Under the pieces are notes generated by a model. The model saw only the letters and a program-made list of their open reading frames with translations. It did no database searches and was not told the DNA's origin. Positions 47,550 through 56,112 of a stretch of 64,000 bases of DNA are shown here, piece after piece (position 1 is the stretch's first letter; every line of letters starts with the position of its first letter). The translations under genes and the position numbers were made by a program. The stretch covers positions 82,772 through 146,771 of the forward strand of contig CAVXJS010000013.1 of assembly GCA_963762145.1 (NCBI GenBank). Reading direction: 5' to 3'. This stretch comes from an uncultured Candidatus Rokubacteria bacterium (lineage in GTDB: Bacteria > Methylomirabilota > Methylomirabilia > Rokubacteriales > CSP1-6).

Positions 47550-49064
47550 CTACTGGGACTTGGAGATGGCGGAGGTCTTGGGACGGAGCGCGGCGCCCGT
47601 GTAGTCGTTCTTCGGGTTCCACAGCATCCAGCCGGAGCCGCCGCCGTCGTCGCTGCCGCGGATCTGCGCGCGCACCTCGCCGGGGCCGAAGATCCGCTTG
47701 TCGAACGCGTAGTCCTTGAAGTCCTGCAGCCACGGCCGCACCTGTGCGCCCGGGTTCTGGGAGCGCTGGCGGGTCAGCCGGACGCTCTCCTTGACGATCT
47801 CGTAGGGGTTCACCATCGGGTTCCGGACGCCCGGGATGCCCAGGTGATAGCCCGACGGGTACACCATGGGGCAGATGTAGTCGAGGCTCACCGAGATCTC
47901 CTCGATGCGCTGCCCGATGTCGGTGTCGTTCACGTTGAAGGCGGTGTAGCCGAAGATGTCGGCGCCCAGGAACGCCCCGGTCGGCCCCAGCTCGCGCCGG
48001 GCCTTGGCCAGGAAGCCCGCGATGGCGGGCAGCCGGGTGGCCGAGGAGTTCGGCTGGGAGTAGCGCGCGGCGGACAGCTTGCCGTCGGTGGGGAAGCGCA
48101 CGTAGTCGAACTGGATCTCGTCGAAGCCCTTGAGGGCCGCTTCCTTGGCCACCGCGATGATGTAGTCCCAGTTCTCCTCGCGGAACGGATCCAGCCACGC
48201 CAGGTTCTCGCGATCGATCCACGGCTTGCCGGTGCGGGTGTCGATGACGGCCAGGTCGGGCCGGCTCATGGCGCGCACGTTGTCCTTGAAGGCCACGATC
48301 CGGGCGATGGTGTAGATGCCCTGCGCCTTCCAGGCCGCGAGCTGCTCGTCGAAGTCCTTGATGATGACCGGCCCCTGCGCGCCCGAGTCGAGCGCGACCT
48401 GGACCGAGGTGCGATAGGGAATCAGTCCGCGATCGCCCTTGATGTCGATGACGACCGCGTTGAGCTCGGTGCGCTCCACCAGATCGAGCACGCGCTGGCG
48501 GATGGTGCGGTCGGCGACGCCGTAGTAGGTGAGGTAGGCGGCCCGGATCGGATGCGGCGCGAGCTTGATGGTGACGTCCGTGGCTTCGCCGCCGGTGAGC
48601 TTCCGGCGCTCGTACCCCGGCGCCTTCACCCAGACCGTGGCGCCCGGCTCTACCGGCCCGGTGGTGAAGCGTCCCTCGGCGTTCGTCACGAACTCGGTCG
48701 GTCCCGACCAGATCGACACCCCGCGCAGCGGAGCGCCGGTGGCGGCATCGAGCACACGGCCGGCGATCGCGCGCGCATCGCCGCGACGGACGACCGGCGC
48801 GGCGGGAGCAGGCGCCGCGGGCGCGGGCGCCGGCGGCACGGACACGGGTATCACCGTCTCGGGCGCCGCGGGCGTCAAGCTGGCCGACGTCTCCGGGGAC
48901 GGATACTCGTGCTGGCTCGCATCCCACGTGAGCGCGGTGGCCAGGCTCGTCGACCGGAAGAACGTCGACGGGAACAAGATCATGGCCTCGACGGAAGCCG
49001 CCAGCAGCGTGAGGGCCACGAGCGAGGTCCACGAAAGCGAGCGGGGAGAGGCGCTATGGCTCAT
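47550..49064 (-). CDS. Putative glycoside hydrolase (DUF4015) with a carboxypeptidase-regulatory-like domain
   Basis: NAVVIDIKGD.G, IARIVAFKD, GFDEIQFDYVRFP, PMVYPS and RPWLQDF motifs. Confidence 0.85.
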   Translation of the reverse strand: MSHSASPRSLSWTSLVALTLLAASVEAMILFPSTFFRSTSLATALTWDASQHEYPSPETSASLTPAAPETVIPVSVPPAPAPAAPAPAAPVVRRGDARAIAGRVLDAATGAPLRGVSIWSGPTEFVTNAEGRFTTGPVEPGATVWVKAPGYERRKLTGGEATDVTIKLAPHPIRAAYLTYYGVADRTIRQRVLDLVERTELNAVVIDIKGDRGLIPYRTSVQVALDSGAQGPVIIKDFDEQLAAWKAQGIYTIARIVAFKDNVRAMSRPDLAVIDTRTGKPWIDRENLAWLDPFREENWDYIIAVAKEAALKGFDEIQFDYVRFPTDGKLSAARYSQPNSSATRLPAIAGFLAKARRELGPTGAFLGADIFGYTAFNVNDTDIGQRIEEISVSLDYICPMVYPSGYHLGIPGVRNPMVNPYEIVKESVRLTRQRSQNPGAQVRPWLQDFKDYAFDKRIFGPGEVRAQIRGSDDGGGSGWMLWNPKNDYTGAALRPKTSAISKSQ

Positions 49065-49136
49065 TGTTCGGTCTCGGATTATTCCGGTGAGGGGTTCGTG
49101 CGACCTGGTGAATAGTGAATGCGCACGCGAGTTACC

Positions 49137-49152
49137 AGCAACCCGCTTGCCA
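49137..49152 (-). promoter_or_regulatory. Sigma54 (-24/-12) promoter
   Basis: Minus strand TGGCAAG-CGGG-TTGCT matches TGGCACG-N4-TTGCW with exact spacing. Confidence 0.7.
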
Positions 49153-49227
49153 CTCTCCCCGTCCCGGCAAGTGACTGAAAACGTGGTCCCCCCTCGGTCC
49201 GGCCCGTCCAGGCTCGCGTCCACCCGC

Positions 49228-49264
49228 TGACAAAGTCCGCCAGGTGACAACGCGAAATGGTCAC
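49228..49264. promoter_or_regulatory. Putative enhancer (bEBP binding) site
   Basis: TGACAA direct repeats and a GTGAC-N11-GTCAC palindrome about 75-110 bp upstream of the -24. Confidence 0.45.
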
Positions 49265-49294
49265 AATCGCGAGCGCGTCGGTACAATGCGGCGC

Positions 49295-50152
49295 ATGACC
49301 GATCCCATCTCTTTCGCCTGCGAGACCGCCCGGCCCCGAGCCCTCAAGGTGGGCGGGCTGATCCTGAACGCGCTGGAGTGGGGCGAGCCCGGCCGCCCCG
49401 CGCTCTGCTTCCTGCACGGTGGCTCGGCGCACGCCCACTGGTTCGACGGCGTCGTGTCCACCTTCGCCGACCGCTTCCACGTGCTCTCGCTCGACCAGCG
49501 CGGTCACGGGGCCAGCGAGTGGGCGCCCGAGCCCGCCTACGCGACCGAGGACTTCGCGGGTGATCTGGTCGGCGTGGCCGACGCCATGGGCTGGCCGCGG
49601 ATGACCGTGATCGGCCACTCGATGGGCGGCCACAACGCGATGGGCTTCGCCGCCTGGCATCCCGATCGGACCGAGCGGCTCGTCGTCGTGGACAGCCGCC
49701 CGTCTATCCCGGCCGAGCGCCTCCAGACCATGCACCGGCGCGGCGACCGTGGACCGATGCGCCACGAGACCCTCGAGTCCGCGCTCAGGAGCTTCCGCCT
49801 GCTGCCGCGCGAGACGGTTGCCGATCCGCGCCTCCTGGAGCACCTGGCCCGCCAGGGGATCGCCGAGCGCGACGGCCGCTTCCTCTATCGCTTCGACCCG
49901 GCCTGCAATGGCCGGCGCCGTCCCACCGACGGCTGGAGCCTGCTCGAGCGCATCACCGCGCCGACCCTGCTGGTGCGCGGCGAGCACTCGCCGATCCTGC
50001 CCCGCGAGATGGCGGCGGACATGCTCGCGCGTCTGCGACAGGCCAGACTGGTGGAGATTGCGGGCACGTATCATCATCTGGTGCTCGATGCGCCACTGCC
50101 TTTCGCGACCGTGCTGGATGCGTTCCTGAGCGAAGCCGCCGCGCCCGCCTGA
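49295..50152 (+). CDS. Alpha/beta hydrolase
   Basis: FLHGG, DQRGHG, GHSMGG nucleophile elbow and a C-terminal His. Confidence 0.9.
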   Translation: MTDPISFACETARPRALKVGGLILNALEWGEPGRPALCFLHGGSAHAHWFDGVVSTFADRFHVLSLDQRGHGASEWAPEPAYATEDFAGDLVGVADAMGWPRMTVIGHSMGGHNAMGFAAWHPDRTERLVVVDSRPSIPAERLQTMHRRGDRGPMRHETLESALRSFRLLPRETVADPRLLEHLARQGIAERDGRFLYRFDPACNGRRRPTDGWSLLERITAPTLLVRGEHSPILPREMAADMLARLRQARLVEIAGTYHHLVLDAPLPFATVLDAFLSEAAAPA

Positions 50153-50178
50153 GCGGCGCGGCCCGGGCCGGGAGTCTA

Positions 50179-52875
50179 TCAGATCCGCTCGATGCGGACC
50201 GCACAGACCTTGTATTCGGGGATCTTGGCGGAGGGGTCGAAGGCGGCGTTGGTGAGGAAGTTGGCCGCCGAATCGGCGAGCTTCACGAAGGGGACGAAGA
50301 CCGCGCCCGGCCGCACCGCCTCCGTCAGCTGGGCGTAGGCGGTCAGCTCGCCTCGCCGCGAGATCACGCGCAGGGCCGCCCCGTCCCCCACGCCCAGACG
50401 GCGCGCGTCGCTCGGGTGCAGCGCGACCTCGAGCCGCGGGGCCAGCTCGAGCAGGCCCTGGACCCGGCGGGTCATGGTGCCGCCGTGCCAGTGGTAGAGG
50501 AGCCGGCCGGTGTTGAGCAGGAACGGGTAGTCCGGATCCGGCAGCTCCGCCGCGGTGGCGGTCTGGGCCACCGGCACGAAGCGCCCCTTGCCCCGCGGGA
50601 ACGACTCGCCGTAGAGGTAGCGCGTGCCGGGGTGCTCGGGGCTCGGGCAGGGCCACTGCAGCCCCCCGCCTTCGAGCCGCGCGTAGGTCATGCCGCGCAC
50701 GCTCGGCCAGAGGCTCGCCATCTCGTCGAAGATCTCGGAGGGGTGCCGGTAGTCGAAGCCGCTCACGGTGATCCCGAGGCGGCGCGCGGTCCGCTTGGCC
50801 AGCTCGCAGGCGATCCACCAGTCGGGCCGCGCCTGGCCTGGCGGCTCGATGGCCTGGCGGATCCGCTGCACGCGCCGCTCGGAGTTGGTGAACGTCCCGT
50901 CCTTCTCGGCGAAGGCGGCGGCGGGCAGGAACACGTGGGCGTGCTCGGCGGTCTCGTGCATGAAGAGGTCCTGCACCACGAGGAAGTCGAGCTGCTGGAT
51001 GGCCTTCTCCGCGTGGTGGAGGTCGGGCTCCGAGAGCAGCGGATTCTCGCCCACCACGTACATCGCCCGCACCCGCCCATCCAGGCAGCCCTCCACCATC
51101 TCGGTCACGACCAGGCCCTGATCGGCCGGCGGCCGAACGCCCCAGGCCCGCTCGAAGCGGTCGAGGTCACCCGAGCCGTAGCCCGCGTAGCCGGGAAGGT
51201 TGGTCGGGATGCAGCCCGCGTCGCCGGTGCCCTGCACGTTGTTCTGGCCGCGGAGCGGGGAGATACCGGAGCCCGGGAAGCCCATCTGCCCGGCGGCCAG
51301 CGAGAGGTTGAGCACCGCGTGGGCATTGGCGGTGCCGTTGATGTGCTGGGTGATGCCCATGCCCCAGATCAGGCACGAGCCCGCGAAGGGCGGCCGCGCG
51401 TACCAGCGGGCGGCCTGGGCGATGTCCTCACGGGCCACGCCCGTGACATCCTCGGCGTACTCCAGTGTGTAGGGCTCGAGCGAGGCCACCCACGCGTCGA
51501 AACCCTCGGTGCGCGCGCGGACGAAGTCGAGGTCGGCGAGGCCCTCGTCCAGGATCACCCGCGCCATCGCGTTGAAGAGGGCCACGTCGGTGCCCGGCTT
51601 CTGGCGGATCCAGAGGTCGGCCTGGTCGCAGAGCTCCACGCGCTTGGGGTTGACCACGACGAGGCGCGCCCCCTGCGCCACCGCGCGGCGGAAGCGGATC
51701 GCGATCACCGGGTGGTTGGCGGAGGCGTCCGCCCCGACCACCATGAGGCAGCCCGCCTCCTCGTAGTCCTGGTAGGAGTTCGAGGTCGCGCCCGAGCCCA
51801 TCGAGGTGAGCATGGCCTCCACCGAGGGCGAGTGGCACAGCCGGGTGCAGTGGTCCACGTTGTTGGTGCCCATGACCACCCGGGTGAGCTTCTGGATCAC
51901 GTAGCCGTCCTCGTTGGTGGCCTTGGCCGAGGCGAGCGCGCCGAAGTGGCCCCGGTTGCGCGCCAGCCCGTCGGCGGTGGCGTCGAGCGCCTCGTCCCAG
52001 GTTGCCTCGTGCCAGCGGCCATCACGCTTGATCAGCGGCGTCGTGATGCGGTCGGGGGAGTGGACGAAGCCGGTGGCGAACCGGCCCTTCACGCAGAGGG
52101 TGCCGCCGCTCGAGCTGTTGGCGGGGACGTCGTCGGCCATGATCGAGAGCCGCCCGTCGCCGCGTACCCGCAGGGTGATGCCGCAGCCCACGCCGCAGTA
52201 GGGACACGTGGTCTCGACCTCCCGGACGATGGGTGACGGCTCCTCCTTGGGTCGGAGGGCGCCGGTGGGGCAGGCGGCGACGCACTGCCCGCACGAGGTG
52301 CAGACCGACGATGCCATGGCGCCGTCGCCGAACACGCCGACCCGCGCGTCGTGCCCGCGGCCGGCCAGCGAGATGGCGCCGATGTGCTGGACGTCGCCGC
52401 AGGCCACCGTGCAGCGGCCGCAGAGGATGCACGCCTCGCGGTCGAGCACGAAGAAGGACTTGGACGCGTCGGTCTCGAACCGGTGGTGGGCGGGGTGGCC
52501 GGCGTGGGGCAGTGCGTGCCGGACAGCGGCCGCGTCGAGCTGGCCGAATCCGTCGCGGGCCGCCGACGGGGTGAGCATCGAGAGCGTGAGATCGAGCACC
52601 GCTCGGCGAACGCGCACCGCCTCCGGGTGGCTGGTGCTGACGACCATCCCGTCGCGCGCCGGCAGGTGACAGGCCGCCGGAACGCCGCGCTGGCCCTCGA
52701 CGTGGACGAGACAGGTGCGGCAGGCGCCGAGCGGCGCGCGGTCCGGATCCTTGCAGAGCTGGGGCAGCGGGATGCCGAGGCGGTTCACGGCATCGAGGAC
52801 CGTGGCACCCTCGGGTACCTCGACCGCGCTGTCGTCGACGGTGACGTGTACGGTGGCGTTCATCGGAGACCCCAT
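50179..52875 (-). CDS. fdhF: Formate dehydrogenase alpha subunit (Cys-type, N-terminal Fe-S domains)
   Basis: 2Fe-2S, two CxxCxxC motifs, TCPYCGVGC, CVKG, RLCHSPS, LRGQNNVQG and PEYKVCAV. Confidence 0.92.
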   Translation of the reverse strand: MGSPMNATVHVTVDDSAVEVPEGATVLDAVNRLGIPLPQLCKDPDRAPLGACRTCLVHVEGQRGVPAACHLPARDGMVVSTSHPEAVRVRRAVLDLTLSMLTPSAARDGFGQLDAAAVRHALPHAGHPAHHRFETDASKSFFVLDREACILCGRCTVACGDVQHIGAISLAGRGHDARVGVFGDGAMASSVCTSCGQCVAACPTGALRPKEEPSPIVREVETTCPYCGVGCGITLRVRGDGRLSIMADDVPANSSSGGTLCVKGRFATGFVHSPDRITTPLIKRDGRWHEATWDEALDATADGLARNRGHFGALASAKATNEDGYVIQKLTRVVMGTNNVDHCTRLCHSPSVEAMLTSMGSGATSNSYQDYEEAGCLMVVGADASANHPVIAIRFRRAVAQGARLVVVNPKRVELCDQADLWIRQKPGTDVALFNAMARVILDEGLADLDFVRARTEGFDAWVASLEPYTLEYAEDVTGVAREDIAQAARWYARPPFAGSCLIWGMGITQHINGTANAHAVLNLSLAAGQMGFPGSGISPLRGQNNVQGTGDAGCIPTNLPGYAGYGSGDLDRFERAWGVRPPADQGLVVTEMVEGCLDGRVRAMYVVGENPLLSEPDLHHAEKAIQQLDFLVVQDLFMHETAEHAHVFLPAAAFAEKDGTFTNSERRVQRIRQAIEPPGQARPDWWIACELAKRTARRLGITVSGFDYRHPSEIFDEMASLWPSVRGMTYARLEGGGLQWPCPSPEHPGTRYLYGESFPRGKGRFVPVAQTATAAELPDPDYPFLLNTGRLLYHWHGGTMTRRVQGLLELAPRLEVALHPSDARRLGVGDGAALRVISRRGELTAYAQLTEAVRPGAVFVPFVKLADSAANFLTNAAFDPSAKIPEYKVCAVRIERI

Positions 52876-52949
52876 CAGCCCGAACGGGAGCCTATTCTAC
52901 ACGGCGTCCCGTGCCCCGGCCCTCCGGGTTTGTTACTCTACCGACCACC

Positions 52950-53150
52950 ATGGGTGTCTACGCAGAGCTGCGGGGGTTCGTCCTGACGCATCGTGAATGT
53001 GGCGTGCTGCGCGGCGCGACCAAGCCGATCGATCGGGGGTTTCGCCTGGCGGTGATCTGTCCGTGCGGGGCGCGCTTTGCCCGGTCAGTCTACGCGGAGG
53101 ACCCGGAGGCGGAGCGGCTCCAAGAGGCCCTCGCCGCGTTCCAGGACTGA
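52950..53150 (+). CDS. Small hypothetical metal-binding protein (HxxC...CxC)
   Basis: THRECG..ICPCGA; -10-like TACTCT upstream. Confidence 0.6.
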   Translation: MGVYAELRGFVLTHRECGVLRGATKPIDRGFRLAVICPCGARFARSVYAEDPEAERLQEALAAFQD

Positions 53151-53173
53151 AGCCCCGGCCGAGGCGCGGAGCG

Positions 53174-53449
53174 CTACCGGGGCGGGTTCGAGCCCGAGGG
53201 CAACGCCGGCGGCTCTGACGCCGGATCGGCGGACGGGACCGGCCCGGAGTCCAGTGGCCGCCGGACTGGCGCCGTCGTTCGGTCGTCGCAATTCCCCCAG
53301 GTGCGGCGCAAGCCGAGCGTGAAGGCACTGGCGCCACTACTGCCCCAGCCCGAGAACCATCCGCCGGTCCTGCGCGTGCGGCAGGGCTGGTCGGTCGCCG
53401 CGCAGCCGGCGATGAGCAGCCCCACGAAGACGGCGACCACTGGCCTCAC
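53174..53449 (-). CDS. Hypothetical lipoprotein
   Basis: Lipobox LIAG-C. Confidence 0.5.
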   Translation of the reverse strand: MRPVVAVFVGLLIAGCAATDQPCRTRRTGGWFSGWGSSGASAFTLGLRRTWGNCDDRTTAPVRRPLDSGPVPSADPASEPPALPSGSNPPR

Positions 53450-53477
53450 GCGCCCAGGCGTTGCGCGAGACTGCCGG

Positions 53478-53753
53478 CTACTCCCGAATCCAGGACTCGG
53501 CGAGGGGTACTTCCGCGGGCGGGGCGACGCGCCCCTCGGGCCCGACGGCGCCGATATCGTCCGCGGAGGAGGGAGCCAGGCGGAGCAGAGCCTCGATCGC
53601 GGCCCGCCGGTACAGGCGCTGGCGCTTGATCCCCTGGCGGTAGCTCTTCAGCATCCCGCGGCTCACGTAGGCGTAGAGCGTCTCGCGCTTCACTCCGAGC
53701 AGGCCCGCCGCCTCGTCCCCCGTCAGGTACTCGTCGCCTTCGATCACGACCAT
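53478..53753 (-). CDS. Excisionase-like HTH DNA-binding protein of the type associated with citrate synthases
   Basis: YLT..EAA.LLGVK.ETLYAYVSRG motif. Confidence 0.85.
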   Translation of the reverse strand: MVVIEGDEYLTGDEAAGLLGVKRETLYAYVSRGMLKSYRQGIKRQRLYRRAAIEALLRLAPSSADDIGAVGPEGRVAPPAEVPLAESWIRE

Positions 53754-53850
53754 GGCCCTCATCGTAGCAGTCCCCCGTAGACTCGCCCCGGCATTATCAG
53801 GCCGGATTAATATACTTGACTCACCACGCCGCTTCGGGTAAGGTCTAGGC

Positions 53851-54813
53851 ATGAACAAGACAAGCGGCCCCGAGACGCTGCAGGAAGCCATCCGGTACTT
53901 CACCGACCCTAAGGTCTGCCTGGACTTCGTGGCGGGCCTGCGCTGGCCTCAGGGGGTCGTCTGTCCCACCTGCGGGAGCAGCGAGGTGACCTTCCTGGCG
54001 ACCCGCCGACTCTGGAAGTGCAAGACCCGCCACGCCCGCCAGCAGTTCTCGGTCAAGGTGGGTACGATCTTCGAAGATAGCCCCATTGGGCTGGATAAGT
54101 GGCTGCCCGCCCTGTGGATGCTGGTGAACAGCAAGAACGGCATCAGCTCCTACGAAGTCGGGCGGGCGCTGGGCGTGACCCAAAAGACCGCGTGGTTCAT
54201 GCTCCATCGCATCCGGCTGGCGATGCAGACCCAGAGCTTCCTCAAGTTCTCCGGCGAAGTCGAAGTGGACGAGACCTATGTTGGCGGCAAGGCTACCTGG
54301 ATGAGCCGCAAGCGGATCGAGAAGCTTGGCGTCCGTAAGGGTCGCTCGCACTTCTCCAAGGCGATTGTGTTCGGCATGATCGAGCGCAGCCCCGAGAAGC
54401 AGGGAAGCCAAGTGCGGGCGCTGGTGGTGCCGAACGTCAAACGGGGTCAGATTCTCCCGCACATTCGAAAGAACGTGGAGCCCGGGGCGGCCATCATGTC
54501 GGACCAGTTCAATATCTACGACCGGCTCAAGGGCGAGTATCAGCACGAGTCGGTCAATCACGTCGCGGAGTACGTGCGCGGGCGCGTCCACACCAACGGG
54601 CTCGAGAATTTCTTCGGCCTCTTGAAGCGCGGCATTCGCGGCACCTACATCAGCGTGGAGCCATTCCACCTGTTCCGCTATCTGGACGAGCAAGTGCTCC
54701 GCTTCAATCTGCGGAAGGGCAATGACCGGAGCCGGTTCTTTCATGTCGCCCGGGCCATCTTCGGCAAGCGCCTCACCTACAATGGCCTCATTGCGGCCGG
54801 AGCTACGACGTGA
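53851..54813 (+). CDS. IS1595-family (ISXO2-like) transposase
   Basis: RWP..VVCPTCG Zn ribbon, GISS..LGVTQKTAW HTH, VEVDETYVGG, SD, VNH, HTNGLENFF and YLDE..R motifs. Confidence 0.95.
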   Translation: MNKTSGPETLQEAIRYFTDPKVCLDFVAGLRWPQGVVCPTCGSSEVTFLATRRLWKCKTRHARQQFSVKVGTIFEDSPIGLDKWLPALWMLVNSKNGISSYEVGRALGVTQKTAWFMLHRIRLAMQTQSFLKFSGEVEVDETYVGGKATWMSRKRIEKLGVRKGRSHFSKAIVFGMIERSPEKQGSQVRALVVPNVKRGQILPHIRKNVEPGAAIMSDQFNIYDRLKGEYQHESVNHVAEYVRGRVHTNGLENFFGLLKRGIRGTYISVEPFHLFRYLDEQVLRFNLRKGNDRSRFFHVARAIFGKRLTYNGLIAAGATT

Positions 54814-54965
54814 GCGACGACAAGGGCGCGGCAAGCGCAAAGCCCCCGACACCGTTTGAACGGTTCACGGCATTCACGCGGCGTGTGCTGTCCGTCTCAA
54901 AGAAAGAGACCCAGGAGATAGCCACACCTACGAAGAAGCGCCGGAAGAAGAAGCGGCGACCATAG
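54810..54965 (+). CDS. Small basic IS-associated protein (51 aa)
   Basis: GTGA-coupled to the transposase; PFERFTAFTRRVLSVSKKE followed by KKRRKKKRR; absent from the ORF track. Confidence 0.6.
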   Translation: MSDDKGAASAKPPTPFERFTAFTRRVLSVSKKETQEIATPTKKRRKKKRRP

Positions 54966-55230
54966 GGACGCGGAACACAATATCAAGGCCGCTGCTTCGA
55001 GCCGTCTCCTGAAAATTCCAGAAATGCTCGACGGCGTGCCGATAAGCCACATCGTAGCCGGTGGTGCATAGCGGGCAGACAAGAGATTGGGCGCTTTCTG
55101 CTGTTCTGAATCGCTGACGCTGCTTCTCTTGGCTGGTATCAATGGTCACCTCCCCCTTGCACTCCGTGCATCTAAGAGAGATGGCCGTCAGTTCTAGATA
55201 CGAGATGCGTTTCTCAATCGTGTCCGTCAT
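54928..55230 (-). CDS. IS cargo: Zn-ribbon-like protein (CxxC...CxxC)
   Basis: LRCTECKG and LVCPLCT; GGGGGG RBS-like tract 10 bp after the upstream gene. Confidence 0.7.
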   Translation of the reverse strand: MTDTIEKRISYLELTAISLRCTECKGEVTIDTSQEKQRQRFRTAESAQSLVCPLCTTGYDVAYRHAVEHFWNFQETARSSGLDIVFRVPMVAASSSGASS

Positions 55231-55240
55231 GTGCCCCCCC

Positions 55241-55996
55241 CTAGAGCGGATCGAATCTGTTTCTCCATGTTGGGTCCGCCACGTCTAGGTTCAGAAAGTC
55301 TTCCAGTCGCTGCAGGTCTTCGAAGGTGAAGACTCTGGGTAGAGTCGGTAGGCTATTGAATTCCTCGAGTATGTCGTCGGGTCCACTTTCCGCCGCCGCA
55401 AAGGTGCGATTCGCCAGTATGTCCGCCGCTTGAAGGGGCAGGAACCCGTTCACTGCCTTCCCCTTCCGAACTTGATCCCATCCGGGCTTAAAGATCGGAG
55501 CTGGATAGCCGTCTCTATACATCGCATCCATCAACTTGCCCTTCCCATCATCGCCGTCCGCAAAAACGTACTCCAATTGTGCCGATGACCACTCTGTGGT
55601 CTTCCAGAACTGCACATCGCTAACGATGATGCGGCCGGCGAGACTGTAGGCGTTATGCAAGAACGTAGTCCGCAGCAGAGGGCTTACACTCGCGACTTGG
55701 ACGGTGACTGAGAACTTCTGAAACACATGACTCAGGATAATGCTGACAAGATCGCGAACCAACGGCCGATGGCGGGGATTAAGAAACTCAGTCATGTGAA
55801 AGTGCGGGATGTTGCTCTCAGCCAAGCGCATTGCCCAAGCCTCGGAGAACTGAATCCACTCCTTAGCGCGCGACACAAACCCCGCCACTACGACATAGGG
55901 CTTATCGCTCTCCTGGCCTGAGCCGTCGAAAGCGGCGGTCAGCATTGCCATGAGCAGACCATCCCAGTCGCGTCGGGCGCGTAAAGTGCTCGCCAC
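55241..55996 (-). CDS. IS cargo: DUF3800-like (RNase H-like fold) protein
   Basis: AAFDGSG, VVVAGF, FHMTE and LQAADILA motifs; start uncertain (GTG 55996 or ATG 55951). Confidence 0.75.
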   Translation of the reverse strand: MASTLRARRDWDGLLMAMLTAAFDGSGQESDKPYVVVAGFVSRAKEWIQFSEAWAMRLAESNIPHFHMTEFLNPRHRPLVRDLVSIILSHVFQKFSVTVQVASVSPLLRTTFLHNAYSLAGRIIVSDVQFWKTTEWSSAQLEYVFADGDDGKGKLMDAMYRDGYPAPIFKPGWDQVRKGKAVNGFLPLQAADILANRTFAAAESGPDDILEEFNSLPTLPRVFTFEDLQRLEDFLNLDVADPTWRNRFDPL

Positions 55997-56067
55997 ATGA
56001 ATCAAAGCCTGCCCCGATCGGGTGGGTGAGTCAAGTATATTATACCCTATCAGGCTCCATCTAGTCT

Positions 56068-56093
56068 AATCAATCTAAATCAACTATAATCAA
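56068..56093. promoter_or_regulatory. Phased direct repeats (3x AATCAA, 10-bp period) upstream of citrate synthase
   Basis: AATCAA at 56068, 56078 and 56088 in an AT-rich island. Confidence 0.6.
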
Positions 56094-56112
56094 TCAGGGA
56101 GGGCAAACGGCC

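Larger units (their letters stand above)
53803..56047 (+). mobile_element. Complete IS1595-family element with passenger genes (2245 bp)
   Basis: IRL CGGATTAATATACTTGACTCACC vs IRR (rc) GGGTATAATATACTTGACTCACC (20/23); 8-bp TSD TATCAGGC at 53795-53802 and 56048-56055; lower GC than the flanks. Confidence 0.95.

Noticed and set aside
51828-51845. Selenocysteine in formate dehydrogenase
   Set aside because: The active site reads RLCHSPS with a normal Cys codon
53478-53753. Prophage excisionase marking an integrated element
   Set aside because: No integrase or phage genes; the TLYAYVSRG HTH type is associated with citrate synthase loci
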